From: a virus
Taxonomy: Duplodnaviria; Caudoviricetes
Direction: 5' to 3' (one strand)
IMG/VR virus record: IMGVR_UViG_3300014204_000141
Coordinates: 29,553-93,552 of that record
Length of the DNA stretch: 64,000 nucleotides
Shown: piece after piece, positions 37,197-47,480 of the stretch
How the letters are laid out: each line of letters starts with the position of its first letter
Numbering within the stretch: position 1 is the first letter of the stretch
Notes under the pieces: model-generated
What the model was told of the DNA's origin: nothing
What the model saw: only the letters and a program-made list of their open reading frames with translations
The model's database searches: none
Position numbers and translations under genes: made by a program

Positions 37197-40100
37197 ATGA
37201 AACTAAAATACCAAACCAATACCGATAACGCCGCACCCCTACTTGAGATTAATCCCAAAAGGAATGTCATACTCATTGATTATGCCCCTTTTTATAAAAA
37301 TAATCAACCCATAGTAACTACGGAATTTATGGCTACAGTTTCAGGCGTTGCTCCAGAACTATATATTGAACACGATTATCTTCAAAGTTCTCATGTTCTT
37401 ATCACTGATAAACTCACTGATGTTGGCGATAGACTTTATTATCAATATCAACCTAAATTTGATGTTTCAAAAATAGAAAATATTTTAGTTAGAGATGGAG
37501 ATGGATTACCCGTAGAATACAAAACCGAATATGCAAATTTAGCCCTACCTTCTGGTGTTGATTTTGAAACTTTACCTCTAACATTTTTAGACAATAAAGC
37601 CACGTATTGTGACTATCTTGATGGTATATCTGTATTAGGTATTGAAGATAATGAAAACGTGTATATGTCTTTAGATGACGCCTCGCATTTTACAGCGGAT
37701 CAAAAATTTCAAGCTTTTCGATATTACGGTAAATGTCTGAGTCAAGGTGTAGTTGATTATGATAAATCTTATTTTTTAGAATCAAATAAAATATCATTTT
37801 ATATTTACATAACTTCAGCAACCGAAAATTATGAACATAACATTTTAACAGCGTCAAACAATGGTTATATATCATATAAAGTTAGTGGTGGAACTGATAA
37901 AAACTATTCGTTAATTGTTAACACGTCTACTGGTAATGAAGAATTTTTTATATTTCCTGAAAGATGGTATAGAGTTGATTATTACTATGAGTTGAATAAA
38001 ACTTCAACAATTACTGTAACACCCCAAATAGATGGAAATTTGCCCGTGTTATCGTTTAAATATTTTTCTACCGCAGGCGGTATATCGGTGTTTGATGGAA
38101 GTATATGGACGTCATATAATTATTCCGTAACAACATCAATAGTTGATAATGAAGGTAATAAATGGTTTGGAACATTGGGTAGTGGTCTTTATAAATTTGA
38201 TGGCAGTACATGGACTAATTATACAACATCAAATAGCGATTTAATTAATGACATTATAGAATCAATGATGGTGGATAATGATGGAAATCGATGGTTTGGT
38301 ACTTTAAATGGTATATCAAAATTAGATGTAAATGATGTTTGGACGACATATCAACCATTTCCATCAACATCGGCTATTTCTATGGCTGTAGACACTGAAA
38401 ATAATAAATGGTTTGGTATAGCTGGTATTGGTGTTATTAAGTACGATGATGTTAATACAACAACTTATGATATAAATAACAGTGGATTGGGTACACTGAA
38501 TGTAACTAGTATCGCAATAGATAGTAACAACAATAAATGGTTTGGTTGTGGAATGGGTGCTCATAGATTAGACAATGAAGGAAATTGGACAACGTTTACC
38601 GCAAATCCAGCAGGTTTAATTGGTAATATAGTAAACAATATAACAATCGACAGTGAAGATAATATATGGTTTGGTACAACACTTGGTGTTTCCGTATTTG
38701 ATGGCGCGAATTGGACAACATACACCACAGCGGACGGATTGGCAAATAATGATGTTAGGGCAATAGCAATAGATGATAATGGTACTAAATGGTTTGGGAC
38801 GTATGGTGGCGGCATATCTAAATTTAATAATATAAATTGGATAACTTATGATACAGTAGATGGTTTATACAATAATTACGTGAACTCAATAGCAATAGAA
38901 AATATAGTGACAACAAACACTGCCACTATTAATTCGACTGTATTTGATGACATCGTAACTGATGATTCAACCACTGTTATACTTAATATTGAAAACGCAT
39001 TTTTATTTTATTTATCATTTTTTAGTAAGGTCTCAGAAACAAATTCTGATATAACTGATCCCTTATTTGTTGATAGATATAGTACGATTTTGAATTGGAC
39101 TGATACGTCAGACACGGCCAATTATTACCGAACCCGATTACTATTTAAGGATAACACACCAAAAACTTTATATTATGATGCGTGGCTTCGCGATGTAAAT
39201 GGTGAATTGAGACTTATTCAAAATCAAATCGAAGAAATAGTTCATGTTCCAATATATAAACAGGCAATGGATATATTCACAAATGATTGGATTTGGGATA
39301 TAACATCAAAACAATTAATGTTAGTTGGTCCTTTATCTGATACAGAATCCACAACGTTTTACATACAACCTCTAGAAAGTGAATTTATGCGTGTTCGCAT
39401 GATAGACGACGAACACATAATAATAACCAATAACACATTTGATCATGATTACTATAATGAAACTCTGCCTTCGGGTATGGGTGGGGATATAAATCAGTTT
39501 TATTACACTATATCAGAGTATGATAAAATGCCATTTATAAGAGGTATTAATTCTTATACGTCATCGTCTTATGTAAAGGTTATTAAAGAACGCGCCGTTG
39601 TAATTAAACCCTCAACATTTCAAATCCAGCCGTTTTATTTTTATGAAGGTGTGTATCCAGAATATGTTATAGAGAACATGCCCGAAACTATTAGATATGT
39701 TGATTCAGCGGGAATTCCTAAAGAAGTCGTTATTAATGATGTTCACAATTATACGACAACTCGCGGTATTAATATTTATATTAATGGAAAACTTATTGAT
39801 AATGCTGATATCATAAACTATGACTTTGAAGAAGGCTCAATAACAATTAATCATTTACTTTCACATGATACTGTAATCGAGGTAACGTACTTACGTGAAT
39901 TAAATGGTTATGTTCCCCCGTATCCTGTTATGGATCACAGAGTTTGTGGTGATTTATCATATAGATTTTATATCAGACCTTTGAGTCGTAATAGAATAGA
40001 TGAAGATACCACCGAGAGAGTATGTTATAGAAATTTAGTGGGTGGTGTAGCGACAGGTGATTATGTTAGTTGTTGGAATAATTTATCCATACCCTCAGGT

Positions 40101-40448
40101 TACGATGATTCGACTCGATATCCCATTATACCTTTAGCTGATGTGTCAAGATTTACAGATTATGAAATTGTTGATATATTTGAATTAGGTGGTGGCGTTA
40201 AAGAAGAATTTAAAACACTGTATAAAAAATGGAGAAGTTTTTTAGATGTGGGTTTGGGTGTGGATGGTAAAGTCGTTCCTGTATCCATAGTTTTTGTTAA
40301 AATTGATAGCACGATAATAACAAATCTTCAAAACTCTTATTTTGAAACTTATGAAGAAACTATAGCATACATTAGAGAATCTGTAAGCAAATACGTGTCT
40401 GCTGGTACATTACCGGTTATAATTGATGAGAATAATAACGAAATATGA
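37197..40448 (+). CDS. Large virion protein carrying a Reg_prop-type beta-propeller (3 PSG motifs)
   Basis: About seven 'DxxGNxWFGT-xx-G-x-xx-FDG' repeats at ~38070-38900. Confidence 0.7.
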   Translation: MKLKYQTNTDNAAPLLEINPKRNVILIDYAPFYKNNQPIVTTEFMATVSGVAPELYIEHDYLQSSHVLITDKLTDVGDRLYYQYQPKFDVSKIENILVRDGDGLPVEYKTEYANLALPSGVDFETLPLTFLDNKATYCDYLDGISVLGIEDNENVYMSLDDASHFTADQKFQAFRYYGKCLSQGVVDYDKSYFLESNKISFYIYITSATENYEHNILTASNNGYISYKVSGGTDKNYSLIVNTSTGNEEFFIFPERWYRVDYYYELNKTSTITVTPQIDGNLPVLSFKYFSTAGGISVFDGSIWTSYNYSVTTSIVDNEGNKWFGTLGSGLYKFDGSTWTNYTTSNSDLINDIIESMMVDNDGNRWFGTLNGISKLDVNDVWTTYQPFPSTSAISMAVDTENNKWFGIAGIGVIKYDDVNTTTYDINNSGLGTLNVTSIAIDSNNNKWFGCGMGAHRLDNEGNWTTFTANPAGLIGNIVNNITIDSEDNIWFGTTLGVSVFDGANWTTYTTADGLANNDVRAIAIDDNGTKWFGTYGGGISKFNNINWITYDTVDGLYNNYVNSIAIENIVTTNTATINSTVFDDIVTDDSTTVILNIENAFLFYLSFFSKVSETNSDITDPLFVDRYSTILNWTDTSDTANYYRTRLLFKDNTPKTLYYDAWLRDVNGELRLIQNQIEEIVHVPIYKQAMDIFTNDWIWDITSKQLMLVGPLSDTESTTFYIQPLESEFMRVRMIDDEHIIITNNTFDHDYYNETLPSGMGGDINQFYYTISEYDKMPFIRGINSYTSSSYVKVIKERAVVIKPSTFQIQPFYFYEGVYPEYVIENMPETIRYVDSAGIPKEVVINDVHNYTTTRGINIYINGKLIDNADIINYDFEEGSITINHLLSHDTVIEVTYLRELNGYVPPYPVMDHRVCGDLSYRFYIRPLSRNRIDEDTTERVCYRNLVGGVATGDYVSCWNNLSIPSGYDDSTRYPIIPLADVSRFTDYEIVDIFELGGGVKEEFKTLYKKWRSFLDVGLGVDGKVVPVSIVFVKIDSTIITNLQNSYFETYEETIAYIRESVSKYVSAGTLPVIIDENNNEI

Positions 40449-41995
40449 AAATACTAGATAATATAATTTCAATATTTAATACAAAACAGCGTGAACTGAT
40501 TGATAATTTAATGGATAGTGCCGTATATAATAAAACCATTAAATGGCGTGAAGTATTCAATAAAAAACTTGATGAGAGATTGGCGCGAATAGATAATGTC
40601 TTGACATTAGAACGTGTAAATAAAAGAAGTAAAATAGAGAAAAGGAAAATAATTGAGCAATTGGAAGATATTATATTAACTTTTACAGCACTCGGTTATG
40701 AATATGATACTCTGAGATCTACTGTTAATTTACATGAAATGTTGAAAAAAGATAAGGTAAAAACAACATATAATATCGCGCGGGATCAAATTTCTGTATT
40801 ATATAATAACGTGCAAAATTATTATGGACGAAATATTAGTATTATAGATGGTGTTGTGGAATTGCAACCCGAAATTGTTATAGAGCATCGGATTCGTGGT
40901 GCCAGTGCAACTTATTTTCCAGAAAACATCATACAACGCATAGGAAATGAACCAACCGCTGAAAATTTAACATCAGGAACCGATGCTGATTATTGGTTAA
41001 CAGAAATTCTAACCCGCGAAAAAAATGAAACCGGTGCTTATGTTGAGCTTGATTATTTTGGTACAATTGATTTCAATACATTAACTTTAAATGCGGCTGG
41101 TAAATATCCTATTAAATTAACCAACATCTATATATATCAAAATGATGTATGGGCTGAAATAGACTTTGCTGGTAAAAATACAGGTAAGGTTATAACCGTG
41201 GTAATGGTTAATGAAAATGGTAATTCTAAAAAATTTCAAGCCAGCAAAATAAAATTAAGAATTGTTCAAGAAACGGAAATATTTTTATGGGAAAAAACAA
41301 TAACAAATGAATTGCAGATTTTAGATAACACAGACACTGAACATAATAAATCCATTATTAATTTGCTTTATAATGATACCTACGATATGTATACAAATCA
41401 ACATCTTACCAATGTCTATAACTATATGTTTGGTTTATATTATGTTAGAACAACATTGAAAACCTACACATCTGATAACAAAGGTTATTTTTATTCGCGG
41501 CAATATCCTATAACCAATCAGTATCAATATGTAGAAGTAAAAGCTACAACATATAGTCCAGAACATACTAATATTGAATATAATATTTTACAACATAATG
41601 GCGAAAGGGCCGATTTTGGAACAATAGAAAATAACACGAAGATGCAAATAACTGACAAATTTGATATTACAGAAAATTTAAATGGTGATAATACCAATAA
41701 ATTGGTTTTACAACATTATCCTATTATAGATAAAACACTTTATCCTATAACATGTATTATAAATGATAGAACAGCAATTATGATGAAACAATTCATAGAC
41801 AATAATCAATTACAATTTATTGTTAATGGAGATTATCTTTATTTTAATAAAATATTGTTAACAACAGACAATATAGAAATACAGTACTCGCATAGAAGCG
41901 ACTATTTTGTCGTTGAGTGTATATTATCGTCATCTTCTGCTTTTTATACCGTAGATACACCTAAAATAAAAAGTTTGGAATTGGAGTTTTCATAA
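40445..41995 (+). CDS. Virion structural protein (helical N-terminus, beta-rich C-terminus)
   Basis: Coupled operon; ends in 'TPKI' like its neighbours. Confidence 0.5.
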   Translation: MKILDNIISIFNTKQRELIDNLMDSAVYNKTIKWREVFNKKLDERLARIDNVLTLERVNKRSKIEKRKIIEQLEDIILTFTALGYEYDTLRSTVNLHEMLKKDKVKTTYNIARDQISVLYNNVQNYYGRNISIIDGVVELQPEIVIEHRIRGASATYFPENIIQRIGNEPTAENLTSGTDADYWLTEILTREKNETGAYVELDYFGTIDFNTLTLNAAGKYPIKLTNIYIYQNDVWAEIDFAGKNTGKVITVVMVNENGNSKKFQASKIKLRIVQETEIFLWEKTITNELQILDNTDTEHNKSIINLLYNDTYDMYTNQHLTNVYNYMFGLYYVRTTLKTYTSDNKGYFYSRQYPITNQYQYVEVKATTYSPEHTNIEYNILQHNGERADFGTIENNTKMQITDKFDITENLNGDNTNKLVLQHYPIIDKTLYPITCIINDRTAIMMKQFIDNNQLQFIVNGDYLYFNKILLTTDNIEIQYSHRSDYFVVECILSSSSAFYTVDTPKIKSLELEFS

Positions 41996-43587
41996 TGTTA
42001 GATTTCTTAGAAAAAATTGTAACTAATAGTGATAGGCAATATACTTTAATCACCGATGCTTTAAAACAAGAGATAGTAAATATTACTTTGTTTTATGGTC
42101 GTGTTAAGTCTTCATTTTTATCCGAAATTAATGATGTTGTTTCTGAAACAGTACCTTTATCATCATATTATAATAATTTTTTAGAAGCTTGCGAAAACGA
42201 TGCGAGATTACTTCGGCATGCTCTAGAACAAGTACGAAATAATATTTTATCATCTTGGAATATTTCCGAACCCGAAATATTAATTACAAATGTTATTTAT
42301 GACGAAAAATTTCAAACTGAATTTGATCAAGCTGTTATAGTTAACGATACGATTGTCTTACCATCAACAGCAAGCAATAGTGTAAAAAGTAATTTAAAAT
42401 ATGCGCCTGAGATTAATAGTTATACATCCAATTCTAAAATTTTACCATTTTATGGAAAAGCATTTGGTTGTTATATTGAAGAAAATGCTAACGGTGAGGA
42501 TGGAATACGATATACTGGCAACGATGGTAATATCATTATTGATGGTCTAGATACATATGTAGAAGTTGAAGCTGTTGTATTGGACGAATCGCGGGCTGAT
42601 ACAATATATTTTTCTGAAGTTTCTGATGATCCATTAACCCTAACCACAACTATTAAATTAATATTTGATAAACCCATAGCAATTAATAGATTTCAAATTA
42701 AACCCTATAACCGCGCATCAAACACGTATTATAGAATAGTCGATGTTAGGATTAGTGATGGTGAAAAAACATATCCAGTAAAATTTAAAGAAACAGCTGT
42801 TGTAACAGATACTGATATTGTCATTGACCCTACACTATTTTTTGTTGATGGGAAAATAAAAACTGTTTATGTGGTGTTGCGCCAATACACAGGATATTAT
42901 ATTAAGTATATGCTGGCATCGTTAGTGGTTGGTAATAAAACGTTATATTTTGATATATCTAACCCCTCAGAAGTAGAAAAAGCGTATAAATTTAAAAATA
43001 CCGGCAATGCCATTATCAATATGATAAAAACCGCTAATTCATGGGTTATGAGTTATTGGATGCCGGCAGTAACATCTAAAATATTACCAGTATTAGATAT
43101 AACTAAAGGTGATGGTGGTTATGTTTTTATCCCCACAATAGAAAGCAAAAGGAAACGATATTCAATAGGTATTACTGATATAGATCTTCAATATCATACA
43201 TATGCCGATGTAGCTGAAAAAGTTAGCAATAGTATTGATATCCCAGAATCCACTACAGGGATATCTGTAGATGCTGACTTTGAAGGTGATGTTTCGTTTT
43301 ATCTGTCGTTTGATGATGGTTTGAGTTGGAATCAGGTTATACCGTTGTCTCGAAAGACTGTTGTTGAATCTGAATACAAAATACCTCAAACATTATTTAT
43401 AAATAGTTTTTTATCTTTAACACGAAAAAATAATACATTAACTGGTGATAAAGCATTTATTGATACAGATAGTTTGTCTTTACGTGTAAGATTTGTTCTG
43501 AAAAAAGATAGTAATATGAATAAAACACCAAAAATATATGATTGGAGTCTAAAATATAATTATGATGAATTTTATAAAGATATTTAA
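41995..43587 (+). CDS. Virion structural protein
   Basis: 'FYLSFDDGLSWNQV...LRVRFVL...TPKIYDW' is typical of phage tail/baseplate-distal proteins. Confidence 0.55.
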   Translation: MLDFLEKIVTNSDRQYTLITDALKQEIVNITLFYGRVKSSFLSEINDVVSETVPLSSYYNNFLEACENDARLLRHALEQVRNNILSSWNISEPEILITNVIYDEKFQTEFDQAVIVNDTIVLPSTASNSVKSNLKYAPEINSYTSNSKILPFYGKAFGCYIEENANGEDGIRYTGNDGNIIIDGLDTYVEVEAVVLDESRADTIYFSEVSDDPLTLTTTIKLIFDKPIAINRFQIKPYNRASNTYYRIVDVRISDGEKTYPVKFKETAVVTDTDIVIDPTLFFVDGKIKTVYVVLRQYTGYYIKYMLASLVVGNKTLYFDISNPSEVEKAYKFKNTGNAIINMIKTANSWVMSYWMPAVTSKILPVLDITKGDGGYVFIPTIESKRKRYSIGITDIDLQYHTYADVAEKVSNSIDIPESTTGISVDADFEGDVSFYLSFDDGLSWNQVIPLSRKTVVESEYKIPQTLFINSFLSLTRKNNTLTGDKAFIDTDSLSLRVRFVLKKDSNMNKTPKIYDWSLKYNYDEFYKDI

Positions 43588-44824
43588 TGAAAACCTAAAT
43601 ACTATTAAATCCATTTCAACTAATTTATACACCAATATTAAGGATTTATATGCACGGCAACAAAAAAAGGGCGCAGCGTCATTTATAGAACTATCTGGTA
43701 TAGAACCAATAAGACCAGATTTTTCTGATGATTTTCAAGATAAATCTATGATCGCTACAGAAGATGGTGTGATTCGCGATAAATGTGGATATACTCTAGC
43801 ATATAAAATCTTACCAATAAAATTTAAAACTGATTATTACACAGCATCTTCTCATCAAATGCAAATACCTAATGGTCATGCTATACCAGGAAGCAGGTTT
43901 TCTAATATCTTTACAGATGATATAGGATTTTGGGGTTATGTTGTTGATGATGGAATATCTGTTGATACATCGTTTCAATTGGATCTGTATGAAGAATCAT
44001 CTATAAATAAAGTTCAGTTGTCAACATTAAATGATGTTGCAATAAACTTATATATAAAAAATAGCAGTGTTTCTGAATGGCAATACATTGGCGAGTCCGG
44101 TGGCCGTGAACATTCATGGACATTTTTAAAAAGTAATGCCACGGCACTGCGTTTTGATGCTGTAACGGCATATTTAGGTATCTACCATGTACAATGTGGT
44201 CTTGCCACACATGTTGCTGAAGGCATGCTTAGAAGTAAATGGTTTACATTTAATGAATTACACAAACTTATTATTGAACATGAGAGTGACATGCCGGTCG
44301 GAACAACACTAACATTTGATTGTTATTTACAACATCCGGCACAAACTGATGTATTACCAAGTGGATATATACCCATACCCGATACTATTGAAGAATTATT
44401 TGATGATGTGGGTTACGAACAAAATGGTGAAGTCATACCATCTATTGTTGTTAGATATGATGAGGGTTGGATTGCTGACATAAATGGAACTGATTATCCA
44501 CTACCAAGTGGTTTGTACCCCCCTCCTGCTGATGATATGGATTGTTGGACATTTACATATCATGACGATAATTTTTATGTTACAGATAATAATGATGTTG
44601 AACATGTGGTTGATCATGGCTATGTACCTATACCACCCCCAAATGTTACGGGTTGGAATAATGTATTTTGCAATAATTGTTTTTTTCAAGCCGTTCATGG
44701 TGGAATAGGTGGTGGTGCACCAATAACTGTTTACAATGAATCTGACAATATATCCATGATTGGCGCGGTTCAAGACGAATTAAATGAAAAGGATTGTGAT
44801 TATGCCGAAGAACTTATCAAATAA
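43562..44824 (+). CDS. Virion structural protein (2 PSG motifs)
   Basis: Coupled operon; acidic, beta-rich. Confidence 0.5.
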   Translation: MMNFIKIFNENLNTIKSISTNLYTNIKDLYARQQKKGAASFIELSGIEPIRPDFSDDFQDKSMIATEDGVIRDKCGYTLAYKILPIKFKTDYYTASSHQMQIPNGHAIPGSRFSNIFTDDIGFWGYVVDDGISVDTSFQLDLYEESSINKVQLSTLNDVAINLYIKNSSVSEWQYIGESGGREHSWTFLKSNATALRFDAVTAYLGIYHVQCGLATHVAEGMLRSKWFTFNELHKLIIEHESDMPVGTTLTFDCYLQHPAQTDVLPSGYIPIPDTIEELFDDVGYEQNGEVIPSIVVRYDEGWIADINGTDYPLPSGLYPPPADDMDCWTFTYHDDNFYVTDNNDVEHVVDHGYVPIPPPNVTGWNNVFCNNCFFQAVHGGIGGGAPITVYNESDNISMIGAVQDELNEKDCDYAEELIK

Positions 44825-45821
44825 TAAATATCTCAAGAAAATATTTGTTGTAGGAAATATAGATTGGATAGAAGGACCAACAGATGGTGTTCAGGCCCTA
44901 CCAAGTGGATACATACCCGATAGTCTTAAAATAAGATTGGGTTATAATCAATTTGAAGAAATCGATACCTATGATTATGCATATAGAACAATTACAGTTC
45001 AACCATCAGGTGTAGTGGATTCGCCGAGTTGTGGTATAGTTTCAATTGATACTGAAATATATAAAAATATTGAAGATATTAGCGAGGTTACTATAGGTTA
45101 CAATGGTTCAGTTTTATCAAAAAACAGTGACTATTCAATAGAAGTTGTTTATGATGAGGATGATGAGGAAAAACCATGTGAGCGTTTATTGCGACGTTTA
45201 GAATACAGCAATAGCCCTGGTGATGCTGACATATCAGATTTTAATTGTTTGGTTTTGGCCATAGAGCGTATACCTGTAAAACAACTACGCACGTTTGTTG
45301 ATCTTGAGGTAGCCAAAGATTTATATATTGAAGGTTTGCTTCGTCCTAGTATAGGTAATGGATTAGTGCTTAAATATAGACACGCCATACGAACTAATAT
45401 GGTTAATAAGGATGTATCTACAACTATAGATTATGACACAACTGGTTATTTTGACGAAGACGATGTTTTTATAGTTCAGGGTTTAAAAGGTGTGAATTTA
45501 ATAGAGTTTGAATATTTTCTCGAAGATATTCCAGTACAACCTGTTATTTATATAGAAGATTTGCACATAACTAACGCAATTCATTTTGCTAAACCCTATT
45601 ATTTAAGAAGAACATATGCCTCGGTGCCAGAAACATGGGAATATTGTATTAATGATGATTCTATAACATATGATAATACAACAGGATTGACTTTGTGGTG
45701 TAAGTACGCTGTCAGCGCAAATAAAGAAAATAAAATATCTGTACTTGTACGATTTAAAACAAATAATACTGACATTACACCAGTATTAAGGAATTATAAA
45801 TTGACTAATGTTTTTGATTAA
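44784..45821 (+). CDS. Virion structural protein (2 PSG motifs; alternative start 44802)
   Basis: Ends 'TPVLRNYKL'; shares LPSGYIP with the upstream gene. Confidence 0.5.
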   Translation: MKRIVIMPKNLSNNKYLKKIFVVGNIDWIEGPTDGVQALPSGYIPDSLKIRLGYNQFEEIDTYDYAYRTITVQPSGVVDSPSCGIVSIDTEIYKNIEDISEVTIGYNGSVLSKNSDYSIEVVYDEDDEEKPCERLLRRLEYSNSPGDADISDFNCLVLAIERIPVKQLRTFVDLEVAKDLYIEGLLRPSIGNGLVLKYRHAIRTNMVNKDVSTTIDYDTTGYFDEDDVFIVQGLKGVNLIEFEYFLEDIPVQPVIYIEDLHITNAIHFAKPYYLRRTYASVPETWEYCINDDSITYDNTTGLTLWCKYAVSANKENKISVLVRFKTNNTDITPVLRNYKLTNVFD

Positions 45822-45859
45822 GTGTAAAAATTCATTATTTTGGTATATAATATAATATG
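45822..45859 (+). promoter_or_regulatory. Putative leaderless promoter GTGTAAAA-N16-TATAAT-N5-ATG
   Basis: TATAAT 45846-45851, ATG 45857, no SD. Confidence 0.5.
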
Positions 45860-46141
45860 TACAAAACACAAAAAATTTATTTTCAGAAAAATTGGACACT
45901 GAGTCCAACAAAATGGAATTTTTTTCTTGAAAATTTAGATTCAGATTTAACAGCATTAAACGTGGAGATGAATGATTTATTATCGCCATCGGGTGTGTTT
46001 TATACAAATATAAGTGGATTTCTTGAAGATGCTGATTTTTTATATGATGGTTATTGTGAACCCTCTGGAGCTTATTGTTCTGGTGTATATGGTAGTGGTA
46101 TTGATTTTGCTGACGTTGTCGAAAATATGTACTGTGAATAG
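45857..46141 (+). CDS. Small SG-rich protein (2 PSG, 5 SG in 94 aa)
   Basis: SPSGVF, ISGFL, EPSGAY, CSGVY, GSGID. Confidence 0.6.
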   Translation: MYKTQKIYFQKNWTLSPTKWNFFLENLDSDLTALNVEMNDLLSPSGVFYTNISGFLEDADFLYDGYCEPSGAYCSGVYGSGIDFADVVENMYCE

Positions 46142-46149
46142 GTAAAACT

Positions 46150-47205
46150 ATGAATTTATTAAAAATAAGAGATTATACAGTTCAAAATTTGTCTCAGTTC
46201 TCATCAACATTTTTAAATCAAGTATTTGATGATTTTTCTAATAGTATAATAATGATTGTGTTATTATTAAAGAAAATAATAAAAAAACACAATGATCAGA
46301 TACTGATAATGAATAAGGGTATGGATTGGATTACGGCACAACATGTAAACATGATTATGGATAGTCATACTATTACAGCCAACACCTCACCCGTAACTCA
46401 AACTGATATTGCTACTGATACTCTGTATAGCACCATAACTTTAGCTACAACTAATGTAAGAGAAAGTAAAATTCATCGCTATGTTGATGATTATGGGTTC
46501 CAAAAAGCAAATCCATCTAATATTATAACATATTCTCAAGATAGAATTAGTTGGTTGGATAATGAAGATCTGTCTATACTCATTAATGGTAATGACGATG
46601 TATGGTCACTAACTACTGATGTTAGTTCTATTTATATTAAATTGGTTATACCTGATGATGATAATTATAAAGCATCGGGGTTTTTGCTGTATCCATTCGC
46701 GGGTACGCGTATAGATGAATTGGATTGGTCAGACCATACAATAGGAAGTACGCATACTATTTACATCAACAGTGTTTATCCATATAATTATATAAGAGAA
46801 ATGGATTTTGGTAATGTTTTGATAGTTAAACTAACCGGCGTTTCAAATGGAGATGGTACTTATACTTACATGATGAAAAAAATAGATATTTATAAGTCTA
46901 CATATCTAACCACCGGAACTATTACTTATAATATTGGCCCTTGTAGTAATGGAATCGCTGATATTACTATAAATGATGATTATATTTTAACACAATTAAA
47001 GTCTAGCAGTGATGATACGTTTCTCATCAAAATAAGCGATTCCGATACAAGTGAAGAATATTATAACTCCGCCATAGATACGTACCCAGTAACTACACCT
47101 ATACCCGGTAATGGCACTAATGATAAAATACTAACACTGACATTAAATAAAATAAGTGGTTATACACCTGTAATAAAATATATAGATGTTGTGGAGGTTG
47201 AATGA
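46150..47205 (+). CDS. Virion structural protein
   Basis: Ends 'TPVIKYI' like other genes of the block. Confidence 0.5.
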   Translation: MNLLKIRDYTVQNLSQFSSTFLNQVFDDFSNSIIMIVLLLKKIIKKHNDQILIMNKGMDWITAQHVNMIMDSHTITANTSPVTQTDIATDTLYSTITLATTNVRESKIHRYVDDYGFQKANPSNIITYSQDRISWLDNEDLSILINGNDDVWSLTTDVSSIYIKLVIPDDDNYKASGFLLYPFAGTRIDELDWSDHTIGSTHTIYINSVYPYNYIREMDFGNVLIVKLTGVSNGDGTYTYMMKKIDIYKSTYLTTGTITYNIGPCSNGIADITINDDYILTQLKSSSDDTFLIKISDSDTSEEYYNSAIDTYPVTTPIPGNGTNDKILTLTLNKISGYTPVIKYIDVVEVE

Positions 47206-47480
47206 ATAACGACGAAGATTTTTTGACAGCTGAAGAATTTAAAAAATATAAATGGTTTGTGGCTGAACAATATCGAAATATAGGCGCATTATACGAATTT
47301 TTAAAAAAAGACTTCGAATTGTGGAAACCATTAGATAAAACTTCTACTACACCTAAAGATTACAAAAATCTTATTGATAGAATGAAACAACTTACGCAGG
47401 CTCTGAGTTTTATGGATAGCAGACTCAAAAATATAGAGAAAAAACTGAATATTGATTTTAGAGGTGTGGATAAAAAATGA
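47202..47480 (+). CDS. Small coiled-coil protein
   Basis: GGAGG RBS, ATGA overlap; DFLTAEEF motif. Confidence 0.6.
   Translation: MNNDEDFLTAEEFKKYKWFVAEQYRNIGALYEFLKKDFELWKPLDKTSTTPKDYKNLIDRMKQLTQALSFMDSRLKNIEKKLNIDFRGVDKK

Noticed and set aside
35608-40448. Diversity-generating retroelement acting on fibre genes
   Set aside because: No reverse transcriptase and no TR/VR pair differing at adenines was seen in this window.
16838-40530. Additional GTATATAAT matches inside CDSs (~16841, 17701, 40523)
   Set aside because: Intragenic, lacking the N5-ATG geometry and upstream element; expected by chance in AT-rich DNA.
43562-45821. Single gene broken by a frameshift or assembly error
   Set aside because: Both ORFs have usable starts (44784/44802) and short overlaps are normal here; cannot be supported without homologues or reads.
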